A DNA stretch of 64,000 nucleotides from Alphaproteobacteria bacterium (GTDB lineage: Bacteria; Pseudomonadota; Alphaproteobacteria; UBA9219), in the NCBI GenBank assembly GCA_026225415.1, contig JAMFSS010000006.1:1-64000 (forward strand), read 5' to 3'. Shown piece by piece: positions 1 to 9,913 of this stretch (the first letter of the stretch is position 1; every line of letters starts with the position of its first letter). The position numbers and the translations under genes were made by a program. The notes below the pieces were generated by a model. The model did no database searches. It was given only the letters and a program-made list of their open reading frames with translations, and was not told where the DNA came from.

Positions 1-289
1 CTGCATCCCATTCCGCGTCCGAAGCCGTTGGCACCATAATATCGCTGGCGCATGTGTTCTGTACCTGGATGCAGGTTGTTTGCGAGGGCCTGAACGCCGT
101 TGGCACGATAGAAGTTGTCTGGCCGCGAGCCACATAGGCGCAAGTCGGCGGATTTGTGAGCGAGCAATCGGTTTGTTGAGCCACGCCGCCATTCGTGCTG
201 CTATCCGCCAAAGCTTGCATGGGCACAACCGCAAGCATAAGTAAACCCGTAAGAGCCAATCGTATGATGCGCGCGCCGTTGCGGTTCAT
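1..289 (-). CDS. secreted cysteine-rich hypothetical protein, 3'-truncated by the window edge (N-terminus MNRNGARIIRLALTGLLMLAVVPMQALADSS...)
   Basis: I translated the minus strand by hand. The ATG at 287-289 follows the S74-domain gene. A Sec-type signal peptide is followed by a Cys-rich, Thr/Gln-rich region. The signal peptide resembles that of the ORF at 52706..53077. This ORF is not in the supplied track because it runs off the window. Confidence 0.35.
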   Translation of the reverse strand, partial: MNRNGARIIRLALTGLLMLAVVPMQALADSSTNGGVAQQTDCSLTNPPTCAYVARGQTTSIVPTAFRPSQTTCIQVQNTCASDIMVPTASDAEWDA

Positions 290-317
290 GATTATGTCCT
301 TATTGTCTTATGGCCAC

Positions 318-959
318 TTACGGGTTCAACGTTACCGGCTGTTGCACAGCATTACTGTCGGCTTTCACCGAGTGAAGGCGGGTATTTTCCTGCTTCAACG
401 TTTGCATGCTGACGCGGATTTCTTTGACCTGGGCACGCAGATCGTCATTTTGCGCTTTCAGGTCGCGGATCGCTTCGATCATTGGCCCGACAAGGCTGTC
501 ATATTCCACGGCCATCACGCCGGATTCATTTTTGGTGACAATATTCGGGAAAACTTGCGCGACATTTTGCGCGACCACGCCCATGTCGGCGCGGCCATCT
601 TTTTTCCAGTTAAATTCGACGCCATGCAGCGCCAATACTTTGTCCAACGCGCCATTGATAGGATGGATGTCTGTTTTTAAACGCGCATCCGAGCTGTGGT
701 AATAAGCGCCCGATGTCATTGATGCAGCAGTAATGGTACCGTTTGAGGTGATGTTGTTGCCTGTAATCAACCCTGTTACGGCCAAGGGTGTGGTAACTTG
801 AAACAGAGACGTTGTCCATGTTCCGACAGAAGTGCCATTAATACCGAAAACCTGTTGGGAACCGGTGGTGTCGAGCGTGATGGCGGCCCGTGCGCCCGAT
901 GACACACCCACCGTCATAATCGCGGCCAGAGCCATAATTTTCAAAGATGCTTTTTGCAT
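318..959 (-). CDS. secreted protein with a C-terminal intramolecular-chaperone autoproteolytic domain (peptidase S74 / endosialidase tail-fibre chaperone type)
   Basis: The start is trimmed to MQKASLKIMALAAIMTVGVSSGARA, a signal peptide, with a GGGAGA ribosome-binding site upstream. The C-terminus reads SSDARLKTDIHPI...LHGVEFNWKKDG...MGVVAQNVAQVFPNIV...VEYDSLVGPMIEAIRDLKAQNDDLRAQ. This matches the SDxRxK catalytic motif and fold signature of the phage tail-fibre C-terminal chaperone domain. It is a paralog of the C-terminus of the ORF at 51252..52697. Confidence 0.6.
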   Translation of the reverse strand: MQKASLKIMALAAIMTVGVSSGARAAITLDTTGSQQVFGINGTSVGTWTTSLFQVTTPLAVTGLITGNNITSNGTITAASMTSGAYYHSSDARLKTDIHPINGALDKVLALHGVEFNWKKDGRADMGVVAQNVAQVFPNIVTKNESGVMAVEYDSLVGPMIEAIRDLKAQNDDLRAQVKEIRVSMQTLKQENTRLHSVKADSNAVQQPVTLNP

Positions 960-1156
960 ATTCTTCTCCCTGTGGCGCTTTTGGCCGTTAAAGCAATAAT
1001 TCCGCAAAATGCGGATAAATTATTTCTAATATCGTTATAGTCGCATGTTTTCGTTAAGACTTTGTTTATTGCAGTAAATAAGGAATAGCGGATATTTTCT
1101 TTATATATAACAATGAATTACAAAAAATATTCTTGATTTTGTAGTATAAGCATTAC

Positions 1157-1306
1157 ACGAGGGTCGTCATCCCGGCGCAAGCCGGGATCCAATGGCGCCC
1201 AAGCGCCGTTTGTCGCCAAGCGACAACAGATTGTTTTAATGTTTCGCATCAAGCGCCCCCTGAAGGGCGCTAGATCCCGGCTTGCGCCGGGATGACGACC
1301 CGAGAG
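1157..1306. repeat. nested palindromic, MITE/REP-like element of about 150 bp
   Basis: Perfect 29-bp terminal inverted repeats (gggtcgtcatcccggcgcaagccgggatc / gatcccggcttgcgccgggatgacgaccc), each itself a hairpin (cccggcgcaagccggg). They enclose three further internal hairpins (ggcgcccaagcgcc; ttgtcgccaagcgacaa; agcgccccctgaagggcgct). The element is intergenic, between the S74 gene and the GIY-YIG gene. Confidence 0.6.
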
Positions 1307-1338
1307 TTAGGCTTATATTTTTGGGATTGTTAGGGGAT

Positions 1339-1629
1339 TTATAATTTAAGAATGTCTTCGTACAAATCTTTCCATTCAGGATTCATTTTTTGGATGAGTT
1401 CAATTTTCCATGCCCGCTTCCATTCTTTGGCGCATTTTTCGCGGTGGATTGCATCCCTAATATCTTCGGTAAACTCATAATAAACGAGTAGTTTTACATT
1501 ATATTGCGCGGTAAACCCTTTAACAGCGCCGCTTTTATGTTCAGACACACGCCGCACCAAATCATTGGTCACGCCGCAATAAAGCGTTCCGTTACGTTTA
1601 CTGGCGAGGATATAAAAATATCCTGACAT
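1339..1629 (-). CDS. GIY-YIG nuclease family protein (UPF0213/YhbQ-like)
   Basis: The 96-aa product reads YFYILASKRNGTLYCGVTNDLVRRVSEHKSG...VYYE. This is the GIY-YIG motif architecture. Its start overlaps the purA stop. Confidence 0.85.
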   Translation of the reverse strand: MSGYFYILASKRNGTLYCGVTNDLVRRVSEHKSGAVKGFTAQYNVKLLVYYEFTEDIRDAIHREKCAKEWKRAWKIELIQKMNPEWKDLYEDILKL

Positions 1630-2920
1630 CAGTCCTCAAAAGGATCTTTCATTAAAATGGTATCGTCGCGTTCGGGGCTGGTCGAAAGCAGGATAACCGG
1701 CGCTTCGATTAGTTCTTCGACGCGGCGGATATATTTAAGGGCACGCGACGGCAGATCGGCCCAGCTGCGCACGCCATGTGTGCTTTCGTCCCAGCCTTCG
1801 CAGATATCATAGATGGGCTCGACGGCGGCCTGTGCCTGTTGTCCGGCGGGCAGATAATCAATAATTTTGTCGCCCAGTTTGTATGCTTTGCAGATTTTCA
1901 GTTCTTTCAACCCATCCAGCACATCAAGCTTGGTGAGCGCGATGCCGTCAATGCCACCGGTCTTCACTGCCTGACGCACCAGCACTGCATCCAACCAACC
2001 GCAACGGCGTTTGCGTCCGGTGACGGTTCCGAATTCGCGGCCAATGGTGCCCAGACGTTCGCCCGCTTCGCCAAAATCTTCGGTCGGGAAAGGACCCGAG
2101 CCGACACGCGTAGTGTATGCTTTGCAAATACCCAGAACGCGGCCAACGGTTCTGGATCCGACGCCGGAGCCCGTTGCCGCATTGGCGGCCACAGTGTTCG
2201 ATGAGGTTACAAAAGGATAAGTGCCGTGATCGATGTCGAGCAATGCGCCCTGTGCACCTTCGAACAGCATCAACTTGCCTTCTTTGCGCGCGGTTTCAAG
2301 TTTTTCCCACACGACGCCAACATAGGGCATGATTTTCGGCGCGATTTCCATAATGTCGGCAAACAGTTTCGCCGCATCGAATGTTTCAGCACCCGTTGCC
2401 TGCAAATACAAATTATGGTGTTGAACCAGATAATCGAGTTTGGCGCGCAACACTTCCGGTTCGGCCAGATCGCACAGGCGCACAGCGCGGCGGGCGATTT
2501 TGTCTTCATAAGCGGGGCCGATACCGCGGCCGGTTGTGCCGATTTTCGCATCGCCACGGGCGGCTTCGCGCGCGCGATCGACCGCGCCATGTAAAGGCAA
2601 AATCACCGCGCAATTTTCTGCGACCATTAAATTAACCGGCGAGATCGCGACGCCTTTGGCGCGGACGGTTTCGATTTCTTTCAGCAAATGCCACGGATCA
2701 ACCACGACGCCATTGCCGATGACCGACATTTTGCCCGGACGCACAACGCCGGAAGGAAGCAGGCTGAGTTTGTATTCGACCCCGTCGATAACCAACGTGT
2801 GACCCGCATTATGGCCGCCCTGATAACGCACGACCATATCCGCGCGGTAGGATAGCCAGTCAACGATTTTGCCTTTGCCTTCATCGCCCCATTGGGCGCC
2901 CACGACCACGACGTTTTTCA
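1629..2920 (-). CDS. purA: adenylosuccinate synthetase
   Basis: [23 protein letters not shown]... gives the P-loop and a full-length PurA. The start is trimmed to the ATG at 2918-2920. Confidence 0.95.
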
Positions 2921-3008
2921 TGATGTCTCGACGGTTATGGCGTTCGGGGCAAGGCATCCGAAACGCGATGTAAAAACAACCGCCTTGCAGCCCTTCTTAG
3001 ACCGCGAT

Positions 3009-3053
3009 CGTTTTCTATGCAAGCCTTCTAAAAGAAGGTTTGCATAGAAAACG
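3009..3053 (-). terminator. long hairpin with a 20-bp stem downstream of the 3111..4172 gene
   Basis: cgttttctatgcaagccttct-aaaa-gaaggtttgcatagaaaacg is a near-perfect palindrome. It sits between the hydrolase-like gene and the purA promoter region. Confidence 0.5.
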
Positions 3054-3110
3054 TGAATCGCCGGTCTCATTACAAAAGTCGGGAGTCGCGGGTGAGGGAA
3101 AGGGGATTCT

Positions 3111-4172
3111 TTAGTTAATGTCAGCGGCAGGGGAACAGATGCCATCGCCGAACAAAATGCTCATGCCGCAACTGGAGCCATAAAGCGTAACGGCGTCATT
3201 ACCCGCTTTTTGGGGCGACATGAAATTCTGGGTTTTCGTGGCGACTTCGCCATAGAGCGATTGCAGATAGAGATTGTAATTGCCGGATCGGGCAAAGTCA
3301 TCGCGCCCTTCTGCCAACGCTGCACATTTGCTGTCGGGAAGCGCATCGGGTGCGGCGGCGTTTAGATAGGTGATAAAGCGCAAGGCGTAATCGGTTTTGG
3401 CTTCATTCGCGCCGACGCGCCGCGCATAGCTGTTGAGTTTATCCAGCCCGTAAGGATAGGCGTTATAATCGGGACAGGCCACAGCATCGGCGCGGCCAAA
3501 ACCTTTGGTGCCGCCCAAGGGACGGTTGGGAGTCAGATAAAGATAGGAAGACGCATCGGCGACCAGATAGCGAAGCCCGATATTCTGTTCGGCCATACGC
3601 GGCGCGGCCACACCGAAAGCCGCGTAGCGTTGCGTAAAATTGCCGCCTGCGCCATATCCGGCGATAACGACATCACGCATATCGGGGAAAATCTGCGGGT
3701 CGGACAGATACATCAAGAGCAGATCGATGACCGTGAATGAACTGATACCCCTTGCCGTTGGTGCCGCGTTTGAATCATCGCCTTGCGGCCAGCCATCCAT
3801 CGACCAGTTGGCGAAATCCTTGCCCTTGTCCGGCAGATGGTCGGCAAAACGCGCGATATCGGAAGGCAGCAGAAATTGCGGCGCCACGATCATCACCGCA
3901 TTATTGTCCGACCCCGCCAATGCCGAAAGTGTCGCCAGCGCATTGCTGGCATCGCGTGATTGGTCATGAAGGACGATGATGGCGCGTCCGATGCCCGGAT
4001 GCGGTTGGTCGAGCGGGTGATTGGCCGCCAGCGGCACATATTGCGGTTCGGCATCCGACGGGGCATCGAAAGGCAATACAGGAAAATAGCCGACCGCCGG
4101 AACAACGTCCGTGGCCAGTGCCGATCCTGAAAAAAACAACGCGCAAAGGAGAAGGGGGACAAAACGCATCAT
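3111..4172 (-). CDS. secreted hypothetical protein, possibly a hydrolase; function unclear
   Basis: The start is trimmed to MMRFVPLLLCALFFSGSALA, a signal peptide. No nucleophile elbow or other catalytic motif is confidently recognisable. Confidence 0.4.
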   Translation of the reverse strand: MMRFVPLLLCALFFSGSALATDVVPAVGYFPVLPFDAPSDAEPQYVPLAANHPLDQPHPGIGRAIIVLHDQSRDASNALATLSALAGSDNNAVMIVAPQFLLPSDIARFADHLPDKGKDFANWSMDGWPQGDDSNAAPTARGISSFTVIDLLLMYLSDPQIFPDMRDVVIAGYGAGGNFTQRYAAFGVAAPRMAEQNIGLRYLVADASSYLYLTPNRPLGGTKGFGRADAVACPDYNAYPYGLDKLNSYARRVGANEAKTDYALRFITYLNAAAPDALPDSKCAALAEGRDDFARSGNYNLYLQSLYGEVATKTQNFMSPQKAGNDAVTLYGSSCGMSILFGDGICSPAADIN

Positions 4173-4361
4173 CGGGCTATCTAAAACTGCTTTGGCCGAT
4201 TCCACAAGCGGTCATTGTGCGTTGCACTGTTACCCTGATGACAAAGGGGCGCGGGTGGCCTAGCTTGCCTGTCACGAACCCGGGGTGCTTTTTCGATTCG
4301 TCGGAACGGCTGAGATTATACCCGATAACCTGATCCGGATAATGCCGGCGTAGGAAGTGAA

Positions 4362-5366
4362 ATGAATCATACCCAATCGCGGGTTCATGCCCGTGTGAAT
4401 AATAATTTTAGCCGTCAGTTTTTTGAAGCGCCGCGCATTGCGGGGCGAAAAATCACCGCCGGGTTCACCTATCTGCAACGCATATCCAAGGCGGGGACTT
4501 ATGATGTGTGGTTTCCGGGTGAATTGCGCGAGGCGTTGGATGCGCGGACCGAAGCCGGATTGCCGATAACCGATGCGCAATTTCCCGCGCAGTGGGCGGC
4601 GGTGCGGCAATTTGAATTATTGCAAGAAGCGGGCAACCATAAAATTTATGACCTTCAGCCGGATATGATCGAGCGCGCGACATTGGATTTGTCGCGCAGC
4701 ATGCGCGCCGGCGGCATTCGCATCACCGTCGCGACAATGGGATGTTACGGCGAGAGCGAAAGCGGTGACGAGCTGGAAATCCTTGATCTGGATTTGCAGA
4801 CGCGCATCGCGCAGATGATCCACATGCTGTATCTGGACGAACAAAGCGACGAAGAAAATACCGCGACAGATGCGACGTTAGCAGCAGAGCTGTGGGATTA
4901 TCGCACCGCCCTGCCCCATATCGGCATGTGTTTGGGGGCGCGGGATTTGTTTTATCCTGCCGAAGAAGAAAACAAAAAAAAGAAGGGTGGAAAAAAAGGC
5001 GGCACGGGCGCGATGTCGATTTCCCACCGCACCCACAAACAGGCGCGGCGGTTTTTCGATATCCTGAACCAGTTGCCGCAAAACCATATTGTGCATGACA
5101 CCGCGATTGGTTTGCAGCTGCCGGAATTGAATGGCGTCAATCAATGGAATTATATCGCATCGCCCGATGAAACATTGGCGGCGTTTAACCGCGTGATGGG
5201 CGATGTGTTCGATAAATTCAACGGTATTTCTTTATCGCGTTTGAACGGCCATGTTGATGCGACAGCGGAGATTAAATCTTCGACTTTGCATCTGCGCAGC
5301 TATGGGCATCCTTTGCGCGATGCCGATTTATCGTTTTATCGCGGCACGTCTTTGGCGTTGAATTAA
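4362..5366 (+). CDS. hypothetical protein
   Basis: 334-aa ORF with a good ribosome-binding site (aggaagtgaaATG) and normal GC. It contains an acidic region and a KKKKGGKKGG linker. I recognise no family. Confidence 0.4.
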   Translation: MNHTQSRVHARVNNNFSRQFFEAPRIAGRKITAGFTYLQRISKAGTYDVWFPGELREALDARTEAGLPITDAQFPAQWAAVRQFELLQEAGNHKIYDLQPDMIERATLDLSRSMRAGGIRITVATMGCYGESESGDELEILDLDLQTRIAQMIHMLYLDEQSDEENTATDATLAAELWDYRTALPHIGMCLGARDLFYPAEEENKKKKGGKKGGTGAMSISHRTHKQARRFFDILNQLPQNHIVHDTAIGLQLPELNGVNQWNYIASPDETLAAFNRVMGDVFDKFNGISLSRLNGHVDATAEIKSSTLHLRSYGHPLRDADLSFYRGTSLALN

Positions 5367-5884
5367 GCTTTGCGCGTTTTTTGCGTATCGACAGTGATAA
5401 GCCGCACGCCGGATTCGGCAAGTTTAATCACACCTGTTTCAATGCTGGTTTTCCATTTGGATTTCAGTTTGGCATAGCGTCGTTTGCTGCCCACCGGCAC
5501 ACAGACTTCGGCGATTTGCAATTCGCCGATCAATCCCGCGCACACGGCGCAGGGTTCAAGCGTGACATAGAGCCGCGCACCCGCGATTTTTTTATGATGG
5601 CGCAATGCCTGCATCAGAGCGAGTTGTTCGGCGCAATTGATCCAAAGTGATTTATGGCCGTTTTTATAACGTTCGGGGCGGCGGCGATCGACCCCTTCGG
5701 GGAAACGGTTGGCCGCCGAAGCGATTTCGCGCCCGCGCGCATCGACCAACACGGCGCCGACATGAACCGTGGGGTGCGGGCTGCCGCCTTTGCTGACCGG
5801 GGCGGTGGCGACTTGTTCGGCGCGGTGCAGCCAACGGCGATGTTCGGCCAGATCGTCAAAACGGCGGGGGGCTTTTTTAACCAT
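5363..5884 (-). CDS. CMP/dCMP-type deaminase (zinc-binding) family protein
   Basis: It carries the CAEQLAL...TLEPCAVCAG motif (H/C-A-E ... P-C-x-x-C). Confidence 0.75.
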   Translation of the reverse strand: MVKKAPRRFDDLAEHRRWLHRAEQVATAPVSKGGSPHPTVHVGAVLVDARGREIASAANRFPEGVDRRRPERYKNGHKSLWINCAEQLALMQALRHHKKIAGARLYVTLEPCAVCAGLIGELQIAEVCVPVGSKRRYAKLKSKWKTSIETGVIKLAESGVRLITVDTQKTRKA

Positions 5885-5992
5885 AACTTTTCCTTAAATC
5901 ATTAAGGGGATGGTTATTTTCCGCCTATCTCTTTACGATTCCGTTAAAATTCATGCTTTAGTTGCGCACCTGTCATGTGGTAAACATGCCCC

Positions 5993-6982
5993 ATGTCAAA
6001 AACAGCCACAAAATATAAACCGATGAGCGATCAGGAAATCCTTCACGCCGCCGCGCATGTGTTAAATGCCGAAGGCGATGCGTTGAAAATTTTGGCCAAT
6101 GAATTGGGCGATAGCTTTATCAAAGCCGCGCAAACGATCCTGGCCTGCAAAGGCCGCGTGATTGTCACCGGCATGGGCAAGAGCGGCCATGTCGCGCGGA
6201 AAATCGCCGCGACTTTGGCATCGACCGGCACGCCTGCGCATTATGTGCATCCGGGCGAAGCCAGCCACGGTGATTTGGGCATGATTGTTGGCGACGATGT
6301 TGTGATTGCCTTGTCGAATTCGGGCGAGACAGCGGAATTGGCCGACATGATCGCCTATACGCGCCGTTTTGGGATTCCGTTGATTGCCATGACGCGGCAT
6401 GAAACCAGTTCGTTGGGCGATGCGTCCGATATCACGTTACGTTTGCCGAATGTGCCCGAAGTTTGCCCGATGGGTTTGGCACCAACAACATCAACCACGA
6501 TGATGTTGGCCTTGGGCGATGCTTTGGCTGTCGCCGTGATGGAAAGCAAAGGCTTTGCCGCCGAAGATTTCCGTAATTTCCATCCGGGCGGCAAATTGGG
6601 TCGCACTTTGATGCGCGTTGGCGATGTTATGCGCAAGGGTGCGGATATGCCGTTGGTTGGCGAAAACGACGCGATGGCGCAAGTGTTGGTCGTGATGACG
6701 CAAAAAAGTTTGGGTTGCGCCGGTGTTGTGGGTGCCGATGGCAGTTTGGTCGGCATTATCACCGACGGCGATTTGCGCCGCCACATGAACAGCGATTTAA
6801 CAACGCGCAGCGCCGCGCAGGTGATGACAAAAAACCCCATGAATGTTTCGCCGCACATCCTTGCCGCCGAAGCGATTAAAATTCTGAACGACAAAGCCCG
6901 CACGCAATTATTTGTAGTTGAAGATTCCAAACCCGTCGGCGTTTTGCATCTGCATGATCTGTTACGCGCGGGCATTGCGTAA
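5993..6982 (+). CDS. kdsD: arabinose-5-phosphate isomerase (KpsF/GutQ/KdsD family; SIS + CBS domains)
   Basis: GRVIVTGMGKSGHVARKIAATLASTGTPAHYVHPGEASHGDLGMI is the SIS domain. C-terminal tandem CBS domains are present. Confidence 0.9.
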   Translation: MSKTATKYKPMSDQEILHAAAHVLNAEGDALKILANELGDSFIKAAQTILACKGRVIVTGMGKSGHVARKIAATLASTGTPAHYVHPGEASHGDLGMIVGDDVVIALSNSGETAELADMIAYTRRFGIPLIAMTRHETSSLGDASDITLRLPNVPEVCPMGLAPTTSTTMMLALGDALAVAVMESKGFAAEDFRNFHPGGKLGRTLMRVGDVMRKGADMPLVGENDAMAQVLVVMTQKSLGCAGVVGADGSLVGIITDGDLRRHMNSDLTTRSAAQVMTKNPMNVSPHILAAEAIKILNDKARTQLFVVEDSKPVGVLHLHDLLRAGIA

Positions 6983-6984
6983 CC

Positions 6985-7635
6985 ATGTTACGAACTTACC
7001 GCATCCCTCCCCTTTCCGGTAAAGCTGACAGCGTTGTTATTTTCCTGCATGGTTTGGGCGATAATGGCGCGGGTGGTTTGTTGGAATTGGGGCGCGTCTG
7101 GCAGCAAGCGTTGCCCAATACCGAATTTTTGTGCCCCGATGCGCCGTTTGAATTTGATATGGCGCCACCGGATCTCGGCGGCCGGCAATGGTTTTCGTTG
7201 AAAGAATTCACGCAAGCGGCGATTGAAACCGGCGTGAAAACAGCCGCGCCCCTTTTGGATGATTATATCAATACTGTTTTGGTAGGGTTGGATTTAACAC
7301 CGGCGCGGTTGGCATTGGTTGGGTTTTCGCAAGGAACAATGATGTCGTTGTATGTGGCGCCGCGGCGCGGCGAACAGATCGCCTGCATCATCGGTTATGC
7401 GGGTCGTCTGATTTTTGGCGATGAATTGGCCGTTGAGAAAAAATCATCACCGCCGGTTTTGTTAATTCACGGCACGCATGATGCCGTGTTGCCGTTCGCA
7501 TCCATGCGCGAGGCGGAAGCGAGATTACAAAAGGCCGAGATTCCGGTGCGTACTCTGGCATGCCCCCAATTGGGTCACAGCATCGATGATGCCGGTATCG
7601 CCGCCGGCATGGCTTTCCTGCAGCAATATTTATAA
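6985..7635 (+). CDS. phospholipase/carboxylesterase family alpha/beta hydrolase
   Basis: VVIFLHGLGDNGAG...GFSQGTMMSL...HGTHDAVLPF gives the Ser-Asp-His esterase arrangement. Confidence 0.8.
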   Translation: MLRTYRIPPLSGKADSVVIFLHGLGDNGAGGLLELGRVWQQALPNTEFLCPDAPFEFDMAPPDLGGRQWFSLKEFTQAAIETGVKTAAPLLDDYINTVLVGLDLTPARLALVGFSQGTMMSLYVAPRRGEQIACIIGYAGRLIFGDELAVEKKSSPPVLLIHGTHDAVLPFASMREAEARLQKAEIPVRTLACPQLGHSIDDAGIAAGMAFLQQYL

Positions 7636-8016
7636 AAGATCGAGCGCCAGGCGGGTGAGTTTTTTGTTACCCCATTTGGCGACAGCCAGTTGGGTGTTTT
7701 GACGCCAATGGCTGCTTAAAGAAAACATGCGCCCATGTTCTTCATAAAAATCGCGATATGTTTGCATTGTGAGAAACGAATTGGAAAAAGTGGAAAAGAG
7801 AGGCTCTAACTTTTGGCAAATCTCTTTATCAAATCGACATTTATTCGTTTCTAGATCTGCCAATGTTTGAAGATCGATGCCTGTTTGTTGGGCAATATCT
7901 TCTCTAGTCAATTTGCGTCTTTCAATAGTGTATTTCCAAAACTCACCGGCTGTTGGTGGGATGAGTTCAATTTTTTCTGGCTTTACCGCCCCATACCCGT
8001 AAATAACACGCGCCAT
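7630..8016 (-). CDS. helix-turn-helix domain protein (XRE-like)
   Basis: LTREDIAQQTGIDLQTLADLE is an HTH segment. The gene is partly AT-rich. Confidence 0.4.
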   Translation of the reverse strand: MARVIYGYGAVKPEKIELIPPTAGEFWKYTIERRKLTREDIAQQTGIDLQTLADLETNKCRFDKEICQKLEPLFSTFSNSFLTMQTYRDFYEEHGRMFSLSSHWRQNTQLAVAKWGNKKLTRLALDLL

Positions 8017-8183
8017 TTTGTCCCCACTGAAATTTCAAAAACCCAAAAACATTAGATAAATTTATACCATTGTCTGCTGTATGTCGCAAGATACCCCCTA
8101 GACATTCCACCCAACCATGCCCACATTAGGGATACGTGATTCTTGGTTATGTCCTGAATCTGAAAAGGGGAAATACGGTTGTG

Positions 8184-8744
8184 ATGCCGTCATTTGAAGC
8201 TTGTCCCGCCCTTGTGCTGAACGCGGATTATCGCCCGCTCAGCTATTTTCCGCTTTCGCTGTGGTCTTGGCAGGATACGATCAAGGCCGTTTTTCTGGAA
8301 CGCGTCACTATTCTGTCGGAATATGACCGCTGCGTTCATTCCCCAAGTTTTGAAATGCGTATCCCCAGCGTGATTGCGTTGCGCGACTATGTGCCGACCT
8401 CGCGCTATCCCGCCTTTACCCGTTTTAATGTTTTCCTGCGCGACAGTTTTCGTTGCCAATATTGCGACCGGCGCAAACCGACGCCGGAATTGACCTTCGA
8501 CCATGTTATCCCGCGTTCGCGCGGCGGCCGTACATCATGGGATAATGTTGTGACCGCCTGCGGCCATTGCAATATGCGCAAGGGCAGCATGTTGCCCACG
8601 CAATGCGGCATGCATCCCCATCGCGCGCCCTGGCGGCCACAAAGCCATGAGTTACAGGATAATGGCCGCAGCTTTCCGCCCAACTATCTGCATGATAGCT
8701 GGCGCGATTTCCTTTATTGGGATACCGAGTTGGAACAGGGGTAA
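8184..8744 (+). CDS. HNH endonuclease family protein
   Basis: CQYCDRRKPTPELTFDHVIPRSRGGRTSWDNVVTACGHCNMRKG is the HNH motif. The start is trimmed to MPSFEACPALVLNADY. Confidence 0.85.
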   Translation: MPSFEACPALVLNADYRPLSYFPLSLWSWQDTIKAVFLERVTILSEYDRCVHSPSFEMRIPSVIALRDYVPTSRYPAFTRFNVFLRDSFRCQYCDRRKPTPELTFDHVIPRSRGGRTSWDNVVTACGHCNMRKGSMLPTQCGMHPHRAPWRPQSHELQDNGRSFPPNYLHDSWRDFLYWDTELEQG

Positions 8745-8860
8745 TCTAACCCTATGTTTATGCCATTTTAACCATAAAATTTAAGGGTTTATAAACCCTG
8801 CCGTCATAGAATGCTGTTAATTAATTGAAACTATATTTCTTTGTCTGAAAGGCCGAAATT

Positions 8861-9103
8861 ATGGTATGGAAGACCCTCATGGTTGGAGCCTTTGCTCGCC
8901 AAGTATCTGACTCAGGGGTTACTATGCCGTTTCTAAAATCCAATCATCGTCAAAAAATGGATCATCTTTCGGCTGCACTTACCCCGGTGTTCGAAAGAAT
9001 AGAAGAGGGTCACAAAAGAAATGAGCCTGAAACGGTAGAAGCAATTAGACGTATAGGTGAAGAACTACGCAGGGGGGAAAAACTGGTTCTTACACATAAT
9101 TAA
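8861..9103 (+). CDS. hypothetical small protein (AT-rich islet)
   Basis: 80-aa ORF in a low-GC stretch. No recognisable domain. Confidence 0.25.
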   Translation: MVWKTLMVGAFARQVSDSGVTMPFLKSNHRQKMDHLSAALTPVFERIEEGHKRNEPETVEAIRRIGEELRRGEKLVLTHN

Positions 9104-9214
9104 ACTTTACGCGGCCAAAACTAAAAATTTATTTGATATTTTTGATACTCAATTAAAGAATTAATAACGTCCGATAGATAGAATACCCTCATATTTTATA
9201 TAAGGGATATTGTA

Positions 9215-9913
9215 ATGTTATTTCGCCCCTCTCCTGAAGATATAATAATAGAAATTCAAATAGAGTTTTGCACTTTGGCACTTCAAGGTGAGCCTTACGC
9301 ACTTGAGGTCATGCATGATTTCTCAAATAATATCGGTGTTGGCCCCAACCAAATCAGTCTTAAAGAAGCGCTAAAAATCGTACAGTCACCAGAAAAATTA
9401 AAAGCAGTAGTTAAAAATTACCAAGAGGGCCTCACAAAACAAGGCATTAATATCAGTGACTACAAACAGAGCCCCGAAGACAAAGAATGGCTCAATAATA
9501 TTGTCTCCATATTATTATTAAACCACGGCAATCCTGTAGCCAACAAAAGGACTAGTTTATTATTAAATGCTCAAGTGAGCGCTCTTTCGTTTCTTGCTGG
9601 TAGCATTCTTGCGCCATTCGCTAATATTTTGCTGGGAGATCCAATAGACAAATTTGATCATTATTGGAATCCGCCACAATCCAAATCGAGATTAGAAGAA
9701 AAATCGATTACGGGCACCAAACCAAGAATTATCCTCATATCGCGTGATAAATTTGGAGGGATAAATTCTTTACAACTTCCAACTTCGGGATCGATTTCGG
9801 ACTCGTTGGTGAAATCTGTTATATCGGATAGAGAAAAAATGCCGCAACAAAGCCACCCCCATCGCGTTACCCGCGCCCCACATCATCGCGCCATTCGTAA
9901 ATGTGTCCGTTAA
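9215..9913 (+). CDS. hypothetical protein, AT-rich and probably horizontally acquired
   Basis: 232-aa ORF in a markedly AT-rich segment (about 9100-9900). No recognisable domain. Confidence 0.35.
   Translation: MLFRPSPEDIIIEIQIEFCTLALQGEPYALEVMHDFSNNIGVGPNQISLKEALKIVQSPEKLKAVVKNYQEGLTKQGINISDYKQSPEDKEWLNNIVSILLLNHGNPVANKRTSLLLNAQVSALSFLAGSILAPFANILLGDPIDKFDHYWNPPQSKSRLEEKSITGTKPRIILISRDKFGGINSLQLPTSGSISDSLVKSVISDREKMPQQSHPHRVTRAPHHRAIRKCVR

Noticed and set aside
195-702. ORFs 195..680 (+) and 406..702 (+), antisense to the S74-domain gene
   Set aside because: They overlap a well-supported minus-strand gene entirely, have no ribosome-binding site or recognisable domains, and their composition reflects the opposite strand's codon usage.
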